A DNA stretch of 64,000 bases from an uncultured delta proteobacterium (GTDB taxonomy: Bacteria; Desulfobacterota; Binatia; UBA9968): contig CAVUZH010000022.1 of assembly GCA_963745835.1 (NCBI GenBank), positions 32,001 to 96,000 on the forward strand. Direction: 5' to 3'. Positions within the stretch are counted from its first letter, which is position 1. Each line of letters starts with the position of its first letter. The notes below the pieces were generated by a model, which saw only the letters and a program-made list of their open reading frames with translations, searched no databases and had not been told where the DNA came from. Shown here one piece after another: positions 19,720 through 29,980 of the stretch. Made by a program: the position numbers and the translations under genes.

Positions 19720-20106
19720 ATGACTTCACCGCTTTTGTTGATTGTTGACGATGAATTTGGAGTGCGTGAATCTCTCAAGATGGTTTTTTACAAAGATTTT
19801 CGTCTGATGGAAGCGGATTCAGTAGGGACGGCAATACCGATAGTGCTGGATTCCAAACCGAACGTAGTCCTGCTCGACGTGCTGATGCCGAAAACCGATG
19901 GCATTGAAGCTCTGCGCCGCATCAAGAAAATCGAGCCTGCCTGTGAAGTCATCATGCTGACCGGGGTGAACTCGCAGCAACTTTCCAACGAAGCTTTGAA
20001 CTCCGGAGCCTTCGATTTCGTCGCTAAACCATTCGACGTTGTCGATCTGCGCCAAAAAGTCGCGCGAGCCCTGCAGAAGATCCAGCAGCAAGCAAGTAAA
20101 AGCTAA
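19720..20106 (+). CDS. Single-domain response regulator receiver
   Basis: LIVDDE, LLDVLMP, IMLTG, FVAKPF. Confidence 0.92.
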   Translation: MTSPLLLIVDDEFGVRESLKMVFYKDFRLMEADSVGTAIPIVLDSKPNVVLLDVLMPKTDGIEALRRIKKIEPACEVIMLTGVNSQQLSNEALNSGAFDFVAKPFDVVDLRQKVARALQKIQQQASKS

Positions 20107-20228
20107 CTGGATGGACGTCGGAAAAGCGGGTTCCATTCACTCCATTCGGGCACGCCTCACAATCGGCTATCCTCCACTTCGGCACAGATTGGACTGAGAA
20201 GAGAATTTGAGATCGCGCGGGTTATTTG

Positions 20229-20906
20229 TTATTTCGGCTGACTGCCTTTTGAAGGATCGGTAAGACCGGATTCGTTCGAAGACTCCGACGGCTCCACTAA
20301 TTGGAACGAGTTGAAGACTGCTCTCAGCAGGGCGTTTTCCTTTTCAGCGCCCGGATCGAAAAAGGCGGTCATCACAAAGCTGATCGAATATGGTTTCGAA
20401 AAGGGGTACGAATGTATACCCGCGACAATAATTGGTTCCCCTGCTTTCATCTTGTTAAGACTCGAGACATAGAATTTGATGGCGGCATCGTTTGAAAGAT
20501 CGGTCTTCTCGCCGAATTTTGTCTCCACAGCGCCGAGATTGCGGGCAACAATCCGGTAGATTTCCTGGGTAGTCTCGTCGATCAGCTTATCGACCCGGGC
20601 GCTGCGCTTGGGATCGGACTGAAACTCCGCCTTGGTGGGATTTTGACCGCGCTTCTCGACGATCACCATGAAGGAGTCGCCGCTAGGTGTTTGCAGCGAG
20701 ACTCGAATGTCGTCATTAGCCGCTCCTTCCGGCAACTTTTTTAGCTTCCAGTGGCCTGGGTACTGGAAACTATAGGCATACTCGGAATCGCGGTACTCTG
20801 CGACCGCCGGTTGTTCCTGAGCGCCAAGGAAGCTCGCCAACTGCGCCGTCAAAAATAACCCGAAAAGCAAGACCGCTGATCCTTTGATCAAAATTTCTGC
20901 TCCCAT
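20229..20906 (-). CDS. Exported hypothetical protein (PsbP-like)
   Basis: Signal peptide; YRD..Y.YSFQYP..W and ..VFNSFQ termini typical of PsbP-like domains. Confidence 0.6.
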   Translation of the reverse strand: MGAEILIKGSAVLLFGLFLTAQLASFLGAQEQPAVAEYRDSEYAYSFQYPGHWKLKKLPEGAANDDIRVSLQTPSGDSFMVIVEKRGQNPTKAEFQSDPKRSARVDKLIDETTQEIYRIVARNLGAVETKFGEKTDLSNDAAIKFYVSSLNKMKAGEPIIVAGIHSYPFSKPYSISFVMTAFFDPGAEKENALLRAVFNSFQLVEPSESSNESGLTDPSKGSQPK

Positions 20907-21071
20907 CGATGTTTTATCAGCCTGAGACTAGCACACGAGACCGATGATGAAAGCCCAAGCAGGAAAGAGCCTATCGCTGTGGCGCAATCGATCGCTGGCG
21001 AGCAAAAACATTGTCCATCGTCGCTTGCCGATATTATCTAAAATAGGTAATTTACGTCGATTGGAGTTTGC

Positions 21072-23072
21072 TTGACCACACAATACATTCTCAAAAATTC
21101 TACTCAACCGATCCGCAACAGCTCAGCACTCGACTACCGGAAAGAGTTAAACGAGGCGCAATATCAGGCGGCAAGCACGGTCGAGGGTCCGCTGCTGATC
21201 ATTGCCGGCGCCGGCACGGGAAAGACTCGCACCCTGGTATATCGCGTCGCTCACTTGATCGACAGCGGGGTCGATCCCCGTTCGATTTTACTGCTGACCT
21301 TTACCCGCCGCGCCGCGGAAGAAATGATTCGCCGAGCGGGGCTGCTGATCGACAGCCGTTGCCATCAGGTGGCCGGCGGAACCTTTCATTCGTTTGCCAA
21401 TCTCGTTCTGCGTGAATATGGCCGGCGCATCGATTTAGCGCCTTCTTTTACCATCATGGATCGAACCGACAGCGAAGCCGTGATCCAAGAGATCCGAGCG
21501 GAAATGGGTTTAAACGTCAAAGACCGGCGTTTTCCACGCAAACAGACCTGCGCCGAGATCTTCAGCATGGCGCTCAACAAACAGACGCCGTTGGGCGAGC
21601 TCATCGAACTGGAATACCCTCATCTTATCGAATCCAACGAAGAACTGATCGATTTGAATCGACGTTACATCGACTACAAGCAAACCAAGTCGCTGGTCGA
21701 CTATGACGATCTCTTGACTAAACTAAAGGATTTGTTGGACAGCCATGAACAGGTGCGCAACCGTCTGTCGGAACGGTTCCGCTTCATCATGGTCGATGAA
21801 TATCAAGACACCAATCACCTGCAATCAAAGATTGTCCGGCTGCTAGCGGCAACCCACAACAACGTTGCCGTGGTCGGCGACGACGCTCAGAGCATCTATT
21901 CGTTTCGCGGCGCCGACTTTCGCAATATCATGGATTTCCCGAAGCAATTCCCCGGCGCGCGGATCATCAAGCTCGAGGAAAACTACCGCAGCACCCAGCC
22001 GATCTTGAATCTTACCAACGAAATCATTCAACGCGCCGCCGAAGGCTACGAAAAGCGTTTGTTCACTCGCAAAAGCGTCGGTCCACGGCCGCGTCTGGTG
22101 CAGGCCGGCAGCGAACAAACACAATCACAGTTTGTTTGCCAGAAGATATTGGAGCTGCGCGAACAAGGTGTGCCGCTATGGGACGTGGCGGTGCTATTCC
22201 GCTCCAGCTTCCATTCCTTCGATCTCGAAATCGAACTCGCGCGGCAAAACATTCCCTTCGTCAAGCGCGGCGGTTTCCAGTTTATGGAAGCGTCCCACGT
22301 CAAGGATCTGCTGGCGCATTTGCGGATTTTGGCTAATCCGCAGGATGCGATTTCCTGGAGCCGCGTGCTGCTGCTGCTTGAAGGCATCGGACCGGGGGCA
22401 AATCAAAAAATTATCAAATGGCTGCTGGACGGCGGTAATCCAATTGAGCGGTTGCGCACCTATCCGGCCAGGGGCAAGATCGCTCAGGGTTTGAAAACAT
22501 TGGCGCAAGTCCTTGAAGTAACCTCCGAGGCCGAGCTGCCCGTTGAGCAGGCGCAATATCTGATGCAATATTACACGCCGATCCTCAAGCAGAACTATCC
22601 CGACGACCATCCAAAACGCTTACGCGACCTGGAACACTTCCAGGGCATGACCGAACGTTATCGCAATCTCGAACGTCTGCTCAGCGACATGGCGCTGGAG
22701 CCTCCGAATGACAGCATCGCCGGGGTGCTCGCGGTTAATCCGGATGAAGGTCCGCTCATTCTCTCGACCATTCATTCCGCCAAAGGGCTCGAGTGGAACT
22801 CGGTTTTTATCATTTGGGCCTTGGAAGGAAGATTCCCGTCCATCTACAACACCAATACGACCGAAGAACTGGAGGAAGAAAGACGTTTGCTGTACGTCGC
22901 GGCAACCCGCGCTAAGCAGAATCTTTTTATTTCCTACCCGACCAGGGTTTTTGACAAGAGCTTGCGCATGGTGTTATCTCGCCCCTCGCAGTTCGTGGAC
23001 GGCATCTCGCATCGGCTGCTCGAACCGGTCTCGCTGGTGCCCGAGGGAAGTCTTTGGAGTTGGGAGAGTTAA
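21072..23072 (+). CDS. UvrD/PcrA/Rep family ATP-dependent DNA helicase
   Basis: AGAGTGKT, LTFTRRAA, VDEYQDTN, GDDAQSIYSFRGA, LEENYRS, STIHSAKGLEW, EERRLLYVAATRA. Confidence 0.95.
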   Translation: MTTQYILKNSTQPIRNSSALDYRKELNEAQYQAASTVEGPLLIIAGAGTGKTRTLVYRVAHLIDSGVDPRSILLLTFTRRAAEEMIRRAGLLIDSRCHQVAGGTFHSFANLVLREYGRRIDLAPSFTIMDRTDSEAVIQEIRAEMGLNVKDRRFPRKQTCAEIFSMALNKQTPLGELIELEYPHLIESNEELIDLNRRYIDYKQTKSLVDYDDLLTKLKDLLDSHEQVRNRLSERFRFIMVDEYQDTNHLQSKIVRLLAATHNNVAVVGDDAQSIYSFRGADFRNIMDFPKQFPGARIIKLEENYRSTQPILNLTNEIIQRAAEGYEKRLFTRKSVGPRPRLVQAGSEQTQSQFVCQKILELREQGVPLWDVAVLFRSSFHSFDLEIELARQNIPFVKRGGFQFMEASHVKDLLAHLRILANPQDAISWSRVLLLLEGIGPGANQKIIKWLLDGGNPIERLRTYPARGKIAQGLKTLAQVLEVTSEAELPVEQAQYLMQYYTPILKQNYPDDHPKRLRDLEHFQGMTERYRNLERLLSDMALEPPNDSIAGVLAVNPDEGPLILSTIHSAKGLEWNSVFIIWALEGRFPSIYNTNTTEELEEERRLLYVAATRAKQNLFISYPTRVFDKSLRMVLSRPSQFVDGISHRLLEPVSLVPEGSLWSWES

Positions 23073-23076
23073 ATTC

Positions 23077-24594
23077 ATGGTGCAATTGTTGCTCGGCTTT
23101 GTGGTATTCGTTAGCGGTGCGGTTTTGATGTCGCTGGAGATCGCCGGCAGCCGCATCCTCGCTCCTCATTTCGGCAGTTCGATCTTTGTCTGGGGCAGCC
23201 TGATCTCAGTGGTAATGGCCTCCCTGAGCGTCGGTTATTACTGGGGCGGCTGGCTTTCAGCCCGGGACCCCTCTTACGGCCGGCTGCTGATCCTCCTTCT
23301 GATTCCGGGAATCGTGATCTTCTTTCTTCCATTCGTTTATCCCTCGGCGAACGAATGGGTGGCGCGCAACGATTTCGGCATGCGCCTGAATCCGCTGATC
23401 GCTTGTACCATGCTTTTTTTATTGCCCGGGGTGTTTCTCGGAACCATTTCGCCTTATGCGATTCGGCTCGCTGCAACGACACTTTCCACCGTCGGCAGCA
23501 CCGCCGGCACTCTCTACGCCGTGTCGACCTGCGGCAGTATTTTCGGCACCCTGTTGACCGCCTTTTATCTGATTCCTGCGGCTGGTGTCCGCAATATTAT
23601 TCACGGACTCGGGATTACTCTGGTTTGTCTGTCGCTATTTGTAGTACCTTTGGTCCGCCTGCGGGGCATTACCCTTGCCCGGGCGGTTACCGCGGTCACT
23701 GTCATACTCGGATCCTTCATGATGCCTTGGACACCCGGCGCTCTGGCACGGATAAAAACACTCGTTGAGAAGGAAACTTTCTATCACCGCATTCGCGTCG
23801 AAGAAGACGATGAAGCCCGCTACATGTACTTCGACCGAACCCTGCAAAGCGCCATGAATCTAAAGGATCCCACCGCGCTCAGACTGATCTACTCGCGCTA
23901 TACGTCCTTGGGACTTGCATTTCGGCCCGACGCCAAAAAAATGGCCCTGATCGGGCTCGGCGGCGGCTCGATACCGAAGAAGCTGCTCAAGGAATTTTCC
24001 TCTTTGGAAATCGACGCGGTGGAGCTCGACCCCGAAGTTATCCAAATCGCCAAAACCCACTTCAACGTGCGCGAGAGCAACAACTTGAGATTGCACGCTC
24101 AGGATGGACGCATGTTTCTGTCGCGGACGCAGCATCAATACGACATCATCCTGCTCGACGCATACTTTACCGATGCCATGCCCTTCCATCTGGCGACTAA
24201 GGAATTCTTCGAATTGGCGCAGAAGAAACTCACTCCTAACGGCATCATCGTCGCAAACCTGATCAGCGCCGTCACCGGTCCCTCGGGCAAAATCGCGCGT
24301 TCGTTCGTGAAAACTCAGCGGCAAGTTTTCCCCCAGACTTACGTCTTCGCCGCACGGCGCCCGGACAACGTCAGCGTCGAGACCATTCAGAACGTCATTG
24401 TGATCGCGACCCGCGACAAGCAGCGACTCGATATCAAAGAGATCGTGAAGCGGGCAACGTCCATCGACAAGGGTCTTTTTCCTAATCCGATTCAGGACAT
24501 CGCCGTTGCTTATTTCGATCGGCCGCTGCCTGATCACGATGTCCCCGTGCTGACCGATGATTACGCGCCGACCGATAACTTACTGCATCCTTAG
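23077..24594 (+). CDS. Fused MFS-like membrane domain / spermidine synthase-like SAM methyltransferase
   Basis: N-terminal TM helices (GAVLMSLEIAGSRILAPHFG); IGLGGG, VELDPEV, DGRMFL, YDIILLDAY, LTDDYAP. Start moved to ATG 23077 just after the helicase stop. Confidence 0.88.
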   Translation: MVQLLLGFVVFVSGAVLMSLEIAGSRILAPHFGSSIFVWGSLISVVMASLSVGYYWGGWLSARDPSYGRLLILLLIPGIVIFFLPFVYPSANEWVARNDFGMRLNPLIACTMLFLLPGVFLGTISPYAIRLAATTLSTVGSTAGTLYAVSTCGSIFGTLLTAFYLIPAAGVRNIIHGLGITLVCLSLFVVPLVRLRGITLARAVTAVTVILGSFMMPWTPGALARIKTLVEKETFYHRIRVEEDDEARYMYFDRTLQSAMNLKDPTALRLIYSRYTSLGLAFRPDAKKMALIGLGGGSIPKKLLKEFSSLEIDAVELDPEVIQIAKTHFNVRESNNLRLHAQDGRMFLSRTQHQYDIILLDAYFTDAMPFHLATKEFFELAQKKLTPNGIIVANLISAVTGPSGKIARSFVKTQRQVFPQTYVFAARRPDNVSVETIQNVIVIATRDKQRLDIKEIVKRATSIDKGLFPNPIQDIAVAYFDRPLPDHDVPVLTDDYAPTDNLLHP

Positions 24595-25207
24595 CGCGCT
24601 GCTGCTTGCCTCGTGTTCTGCAATTACTTCTCCGGCGCCGGAACGGGTCGTCCAGGTCAAGGTGTTGGGCGATGTAAGCCTCAGGGCAAGAAATACCCGC
24701 TGGAATGAGGAAGTCCGAGGTCTGATTGAAGCCGCGTCAGACTACTACGAAAGAGAGTTCAACGTTCGTTTGGTCACCCAAAGCGTTTCAGCGTGGCCGC
24801 TCAAGGAGCGCATTCGTGGCACCCCCGAATTGCTGGCCAGGCTCGAACAAGATTTTCCACAGACAAAGAACCACGATCATGATCTGGTAATCGCTTTTAC
24901 TGCCGAAGGAATGAGCCGGTATACCAGAGCCGGCCGGCCACGGGTCGATCGAATCGGCAACTGTCAGCAAGGGTTGGGCGGGTATGCGGTTGTGCCGGTC
25001 AGTAGAGTCGTTCACTACACCGGATGGCGTGGCAACCCGGAACCTGAAGTCATCGCTCTAATCCACGAAATCGGCCATATCTTCGGCGCCCAACACGTCA
25101 CTGACACGGCTTCAATCATGCACGAAGACTTCGACTACCGCAGCGAGTTTGACGCCACCAACCGCGCCGTGATTGAAAGAAACAAGCTCTGCCGGTTTGC
25201 CAAATAA
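24557..25207 (+). CDS. Zinc metalloprotease lipoprotein (metzincin-like)
   Basis: Lipobox LLASC; HEIGHIFGAQH (HExxHxxGxxH) and SIM Met-turn. Confidence 0.8.
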   Translation: MITRRPITYCILSALLLASCSAITSPAPERVVQVKVLGDVSLRARNTRWNEEVRGLIEAASDYYEREFNVRLVTQSVSAWPLKERIRGTPELLARLEQDFPQTKNHDHDLVIAFTAEGMSRYTRAGRPRVDRIGNCQQGLGGYAVVPVSRVVHYTGWRGNPEPEVIALIHEIGHIFGAQHVTDTASIMHEDFDYRSEFDATNRAVIERNKLCRFAK

Positions 25208-25216
25208 GAAACGGAA

Positions 25217-25279
25217 GGTTCCAATCGTTCCAGTGGTTCCAACAGTTCCAATGGTTTCAATAGTTCGAAATGTTCCAGT
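25217..25279. repeat. Degenerate 9-bp tandem repeat (NGTTCCAAT x7)
   Basis: ggttccaat cgttccagt ggttccaac agttccaat ggtttcaat agttcgaaa tgttccagt. Confidence 0.8.
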
Positions 25280-25400
25280 TGGCCGAATCACAATCTCCAA
25301 TGTCTGAACGTCTCCAATCGTCGCACCTTGGAACTCCGTCTTCCGGATAAACGGTTGGAACGGCTTAGTTTCTGAGTTTGCTGGACCGACTTAATTTTAT

Positions 25401-26162
25401 ATGTCCTTAGACAACATCCGAATAGTGATGGTTCGCCCGCGCGGCTCGGGCAATATCGGCTCAGTGGCACGCGCTATGAAGAATACAGGACTGCGTGAAT
25501 TGGCCGTGGCCGGCAAATCGCGCACCCAGAGTTTTTGGGCCCGGGCCATGGCGGTGCATGGACGGGATATTTTAAATAACACGCGCTCTTATCAAACGCT
25601 CCGAGAAGCTGTTGCCGAATGCACGCTCGTGGTCGGAACGACTTGCCGGCAAGGTCTGTATCGCGCTCACAGCCGAAGCCCGCGGGACGTTGCCGTCGAG
25701 ATCGTTGCCGCGGCAGCAACTGGCAAAGTGGCTTTGATCTTTGGTCCCGAGGACCACGGCCTCAGTAACGAAGATTTGAAGCACTGTCAATTACTCATCA
25801 ACATTCCCGCCGATCCGCAATACCAGTCCCTGAACGTGGCGCAAGCCGCAATGATCTGTCTTTATGAGATCTATCTGGCATCGCTCGGCGAACCGATGAA
25901 AGAAAGTTTACCGCTGGCGCGTGCCGAGGATGTCGAGCGTCTTTATGACCGCATGCGCTCATCGCTATTAAAAATCGGCTTTCTTGACTCGCAAAATCCT
26001 GAGCACATGCTGTTTGCATTCAGACGCATTCTGGGACGCACCCGGCTGGAAGACAGAGACGTGCGAATCCTCACCGGCCTGTTTCGGCAGATCGAATGGT
26101 ATGCGGAGCGGGGATGGAAAGTGATACAAGAGAAAGAAAAGCAAGGGATCAAAATTCGTTAG
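25401..26162 (+). CDS. trmJ: TrmJ/TrmH-family SPOUT RNA methyltransferase
   Basis: GNIGSVARAMKN, LIFGPEDHGLSN, SLNVAQA, C-terminal helical domain. Confidence 0.85.
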   Translation: MSLDNIRIVMVRPRGSGNIGSVARAMKNTGLRELAVAGKSRTQSFWARAMAVHGRDILNNTRSYQTLREAVAECTLVVGTTCRQGLYRAHSRSPRDVAVEIVAAAATGKVALIFGPEDHGLSNEDLKHCQLLINIPADPQYQSLNVAQAAMICLYEIYLASLGEPMKESLPLARAEDVERLYDRMRSSLLKIGFLDSQNPEHMLFAFRRILGRTRLEDRDVRILTGLFRQIEWYAERGWKVIQEKEKQGIKIR

Positions 26163-26171
26163 GAGGCTTAA

Positions 26172-26813
26172 GTGAACGTCAACCATTTCGAACCGGAGAA
26201 AACCGGGCTGCTATTCTTCGACATCTTGAATGGCTATGTTCCTGCGCCCGAACCGGGCAAGCAGCGGGTTCTAAAACCATGGATTCAAAATGCCGTGAGA
26301 CTTAGCAAAGCCGGCCGGGCCGCCGGTCTGCCGGTATTTTTTGCCAAGGGCAATCACCGGCCGGACAATGCCACCACCGCGCTACTTCTCACCGACACTA
26401 ACAATTCGTTAACCCCGTGGCCCAACGGCGAGGTGAGCAAACCTAAAATGCATGTTATCGCCGGCGATAAAAGCTCCGATCCCCTTGCCGAACTGGACCC
26501 GAGCCCGGACGATTACTACATCGTGAAATATCGCTGGAGCGCATTTCATCAAACCTATCTCGATCTAGCTTTACGAGCGCGCGGCATAGATACCCTAATT
26601 ATTTCCGGCGGCTCCACTGATGTCGGCGTCGCTTCGACTTTGTATTCGGGAAGGGACATGGACTATAACATGATCGTCGCCAGTGATGCTTGCGGCACAT
26701 CTCATGACCAGCGCGTCCACGACATGCTCATAGAGCTGATTTTCCCGCGCATGGCGCGTGTGCGAACCACCGAGCAAATTATTCAGATGATTGAAAAGGC
26801 GCGAAGCAAATAG
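26172..26813 (+). CDS. Isochorismatase / cysteine hydrolase family protein
   Basis: FFDILN, KYRWSAF.QT.LDL.LRARGIDTL, SDAC; the usual catalytic Cys position reads G (STDVGV). Confidence 0.85.
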   Translation: MNVNHFEPEKTGLLFFDILNGYVPAPEPGKQRVLKPWIQNAVRLSKAGRAAGLPVFFAKGNHRPDNATTALLLTDTNNSLTPWPNGEVSKPKMHVIAGDKSSDPLAELDPSPDDYYIVKYRWSAFHQTYLDLALRARGIDTLIISGGSTDVGVASTLYSGRDMDYNMIVASDACGTSHDQRVHDMLIELIFPRMARVRTTEQIIQMIEKARSK

Positions 26814-26826
26814 CATTAGACTGATA

Positions 26827-26943
26827 AGCAGCTTGTTTTAGGTTTAATTTGCGAGACGCGCGACATTCGACAAGCTCAGACGTACGCGGCAGTACGTTGA
26901 AGCGAGCAACGAAGCAAAATAAGCCCTTTTTTAAACGGCCTGA
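26827..26943 (+). mobile_element. MITE-like dispersed repeat, degenerate copy B
   Basis: GCGAGACGCGCGA...ACGTACGCGGCAGTACGTTGAAGCGAGCAACGAAGCA...CCTTTTTTAAACGGCCTG matches the family core. Confidence 0.7.
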
Positions 26944-26960
26944 CCAAAGGAGACAAAGCA

Positions 26961-28097
26961 ATGACGAGCAATGGAAAACCGCCGGTGGGCATCAGCAAGA
27001 ACATCAAACAAATCGGTCGAATGGATATTCCAGGCGGAGGTTCGGTAGTTGTTGAAAATGGCTACGCCTATGTCGGTCACATGGACCCGCCGCATGGCAC
27101 GTCGATCATTGACGCGCGCGACCCGAAGAATCTTAAGGTCGTAGCGCACCTGGAAATTTCTGAGGGACTCCACTCTCACAAGGTGCGCGTGAGCGGCGAC
27201 ATCATGCTGATCAACTATGAACGTTATAAAGCGAGGCAGGAGCTCGACTCCGGCTTGAAAATTTTCGATATCTCGAATAGGTCCAAGCCGCGTGAAATTG
27301 CGTTCTTCAAAACGCATGGCAAAGGCGTGCACCGTTTTACGTTTGATGGCCGCTACGCCTACATTTCGCCGACCCTGGAAGGGTACCAAGGAAACATTGC
27401 CATGGTTCTGGATTTGAAGAATCCGGAAAAGCCCGAAGAGGTCTGCCGCTGGTGGATGCCGGGTCAGTGGACTGCCGGCGGTGAAACGCCGACCTGGCGC
27501 GGCACCGACACGCGCTGTCATCACCCGATCCGCAGGGACAACCGGCTTTACATCAGTTACTGGCACGGCGGCTTTGCGATCGTCGATATCTCGGACATGA
27601 GCAAACCGAAGACCATCAGCAGCCTGGATTGGAGCCCGCCTTATCCTTGCCCGACCCACACGACCTTGCCGATGCTCAACAAAATCATGGAGCGGGACTG
27701 GTTGATTGTCACCGACGAGGAGGTCGGCGAGAAACTCAATGAAACTCACAACGCATTCCTCTGGGTAGTCGATATTACCAAAGAAGAACTGCCGCTGCCG
27801 GTGGCGACATTTATCGTGCCTTTCGAAGGTAAATCGACACATCTGAACCGATTCGGCGCGCACCAGCCGGCCGAACAGGTTTACGGCAATACATTATACG
27901 TAACCTGGTTCGCAGGTGGTCTCCGGGCGGTGGATTTTTCCAATCCCTACATTCCGAAGGAAGTCGGCTATTACGTGCCGATGCCCGGCAAGGGTCAGTC
28001 GGCGGTGATGAGCAACGATGTTTTTCACGATAAAGACGGCAAGCTCTATCTGATGGACCGCTACGAAGGCCTGGAAGTACTCGAGCCGCAGATATAG
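26961..28097 (+). CDS. LVIVD-repeat beta-propeller protein
   Basis: Repeated IFDISN, IVDISD, VVDIT, AVDFSNP; His-rich HSHKV, CHHP, THT, GAHQ; NDVF. Confidence 0.85.
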   Translation: MTSNGKPPVGISKNIKQIGRMDIPGGGSVVVENGYAYVGHMDPPHGTSIIDARDPKNLKVVAHLEISEGLHSHKVRVSGDIMLINYERYKARQELDSGLKIFDISNRSKPREIAFFKTHGKGVHRFTFDGRYAYISPTLEGYQGNIAMVLDLKNPEKPEEVCRWWMPGQWTAGGETPTWRGTDTRCHHPIRRDNRLYISYWHGGFAIVDISDMSKPKTISSLDWSPPYPCPTHTTLPMLNKIMERDWLIVTDEEVGEKLNETHNAFLWVVDITKEELPLPVATFIVPFEGKSTHLNRFGAHQPAEQVYGNTLYVTWFAGGLRAVDFSNPYIPKEVGYYVPMPGKGQSAVMSNDVFHDKDGKLYLMDRYEGLEVLEPQI

Positions 28098-28099
28098 CT

Positions 28100-28150
28100 C
28101 GCTCAAGCGAGTTCAAAACGTTCAAGCTGTTCAAGTTCAAATCGTTTGAA
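28100..28150. repeat. GTTCAA-based degenerate tandem repeat
   Basis: cgctcaagc g agttcaaaa cgttcaagc tgttcaa gttcaaat cgtttgaa. Confidence 0.65.
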
Positions 28151-28206
28151 GTTGTCGAATGACCGGCTCCGAAGGAGCTCGCATTACTAAATTTGAGGAG
28201 TGCCAA

Positions 28207-28938
28207 ATGGTAATTACAAATGCTCAGTCAGGGACCAACATTCACGAGATCGCAGATCGGATTTATCGCATCAACACACCCGTTATCATCGAAGGTGGAC
28301 CGGGAGGCTTCTCATTCAATCAGTATCTCATCGTTGACGATCAGCCACTACTCTTTCACACCGGACCGCGAAAAATGTTCCCATTGGTTCGTGAGGCGGT
28401 GGCGAGCGTCATTCCGGTTGAGCGGCTGCGTTACGTTGCATTCTCGCATGTCGAGGCCGATGAATGCGGCTCGCTTAACCAATGGCTTACGGCAGCGCCT
28501 CGGTCTTTGCCGCTCTGCGGCAGCATCGCTGCGCTAGTGTCGATTGAAGACCTTGCTGATCGTTCGCCGCGCGCGCTGGCTGACGGGGAGCTGCTCTCGC
28601 TTGGTGAACATTCCGTGAGATGGTTCGATACGCCGCACCTTCCGCATGCCTGGGAATGCGGCTTCCTGATGGAAGAAGCGACGAAAACACTGCTCTGCGG
28701 TGATCTCTTCACTCAAGGTGGCGCCGATCATCCGCCGATCACCGAGTCGGACATTCTGGGCCCAAGCGAGGCCTTCCGTAAGTCACTCGATTACTACTCG
28801 CACACCAAAAATGCTCGCCCGATGCTCGAGAGACTTGCGGCCGCGCAACCGACGACAATGGCGTGTATGCACGGCAGCGCCTGGCAAGGCGATGGCGCCG
28901 CACTCCTGCGCGCCTTAGCTGACTCACTATCAGCTTAG
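28207..28938 (+). CDS. MBL-fold metallo-hydrolase (FprA/ODP-like di-iron domain)
   Basis: FNQYLI, SHVEADECG, TPHLPHAWE, CGDLF, CMHG; GAGGAG RBS before ATG 28207. Confidence 0.85.
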   Translation: MVITNAQSGTNIHEIADRIYRINTPVIIEGGPGGFSFNQYLIVDDQPLLFHTGPRKMFPLVREAVASVIPVERLRYVAFSHVEADECGSLNQWLTAAPRSLPLCGSIAALVSIEDLADRSPRALADGELLSLGEHSVRWFDTPHLPHAWECGFLMEEATKTLLCGDLFTQGGADHPPITESDILGPSEAFRKSLDYYSHTKNARPMLERLAAAQPTTMACMHGSAWQGDGAALLRALADSLSA

Positions 28939-28944
28939 TGCAAG

Positions 28945-29853
28945 CTACTCAGTACGCGCTTTTCTCCCCTCCTCCATCTCTTCCAACGTTTTAGGCCAGT
29001 CGGCTTTGAGCAAGCGCGACAGCGAACGATCGGCGAGCAAGCGCCCGCCGGTTTGGCACTTCGCGCAGTAGTTGGTTTCGTTTTCGGCATAGGCGATTCG
29101 CTGCACCGGTGAACCGCAGACCGGGCATGGTTTGCGATACTTGCCGTGAACCGCCATGTCATCACGGAAGGCGGTGACCCGTTCGGGAAAATTCTTGCCT
29201 GTGTCTTTGCGCAATCGCTGGATCCACTCGCGTAAAACTTCTTTGGTTGCTCGATAGAGTCTTTCGATTTCTACCTCGCTGAGATGTTGGGTCTGCTTGA
29301 TCGGCGATAATCCGGCGCGATGGAGAATTTCGTCGGAGTAAGCGTTGCCAATGCCGCTGAAAACGTGAGGATCGGTCATCGTTCTCTTAAGCGTGTGATT
29401 CTCGTCGATCAGCGCGGCGCGGAACGCATTCAGATCGGCGCCGAAGATTTCCAATCCTCCAGGATCGTGTTCGGCCAACCGTTCCCTGCCGCGGATCAGA
29501 TGAAGGGACGCTCGCTTTTTTGTGCCCATCTCGGTCAATAGTAAAGTACCGGCAGGGAAATCGAGCGCAGCATGACCGAATTTCCGCGGCACCGGCGCGC
29601 CGCGCTTTTTCCAGTGGAACCGGCCAGCGATCATAAGGTGAAAGATCATAAAGAGCTCGTCTTCCAATTCGAACACGATGCGCTTACCTATACGGTCAAA
29701 CGCAACGACCTTTTTTCCTTCCGCAGTTTGGATCGGCGGATCGAACGAGCGCAATATGAAAGGGCTGGCTATGCGTATTTTCTGCAGCGGCTGGTTCAGC
29801 AATCGATTTTGAAGCGCTTCGATGTAAACGGTGATATCGGGAAGTTCCGGCAT
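28945..29853 (-). CDS. Fpg/Nei family DNA glycosylase
   Basis: N-terminal PELP, RIGK, HLMIAG, GIGNAYSDEILH (H2TH), CPVC...CAKCQ zinc finger. Confidence 0.92.
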   Translation of the reverse strand: MPELPDITVYIEALQNRLLNQPLQKIRIASPFILRSFDPPIQTAEGKKVVAFDRIGKRIVFELEDELFMIFHLMIAGRFHWKKRGAPVPRKFGHAALDFPAGTLLLTEMGTKKRASLHLIRGRERLAEHDPGGLEIFGADLNAFRAALIDENHTLKRTMTDPHVFSGIGNAYSDEILHRAGLSPIKQTQHLSEVEIERLYRATKEVLREWIQRLRKDTGKNFPERVTAFRDDMAVHGKYRKPCPVCGSPVQRIAYAENETNYCAKCQTGGRLLADRSLSRLLKADWPKTLEEMEEGRKARTE

Positions 29854-29980
29854 GGTTAGATTTTCTGACTAACACGCGCGGCGATTAATTGACAAGCGGA
29901 CGGCAAGTCGGAACTCCGGCTTGAATTCTGCATGGACTCTGCCTTGCTTTTCGCGGCGCTTTCTCCTACATACCAGACTC

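Noticed and set aside
22708-23076. Long upstream extensions of the ORFs at 22708, 45570 and 49306
   Set aside because: They overlap neighbouring genes or repeats; downstream ATGs (23077, 45819, 49504) fit RBS position or family N-termini better.
25217-25279. CRISPR array suggested by periodic repeats (here and at the dispersed ~150-bp repeats)
   Set aside because: Units are 9 bp with no unique spacers, the larger repeats are kilobases apart, and no cas gene is present.
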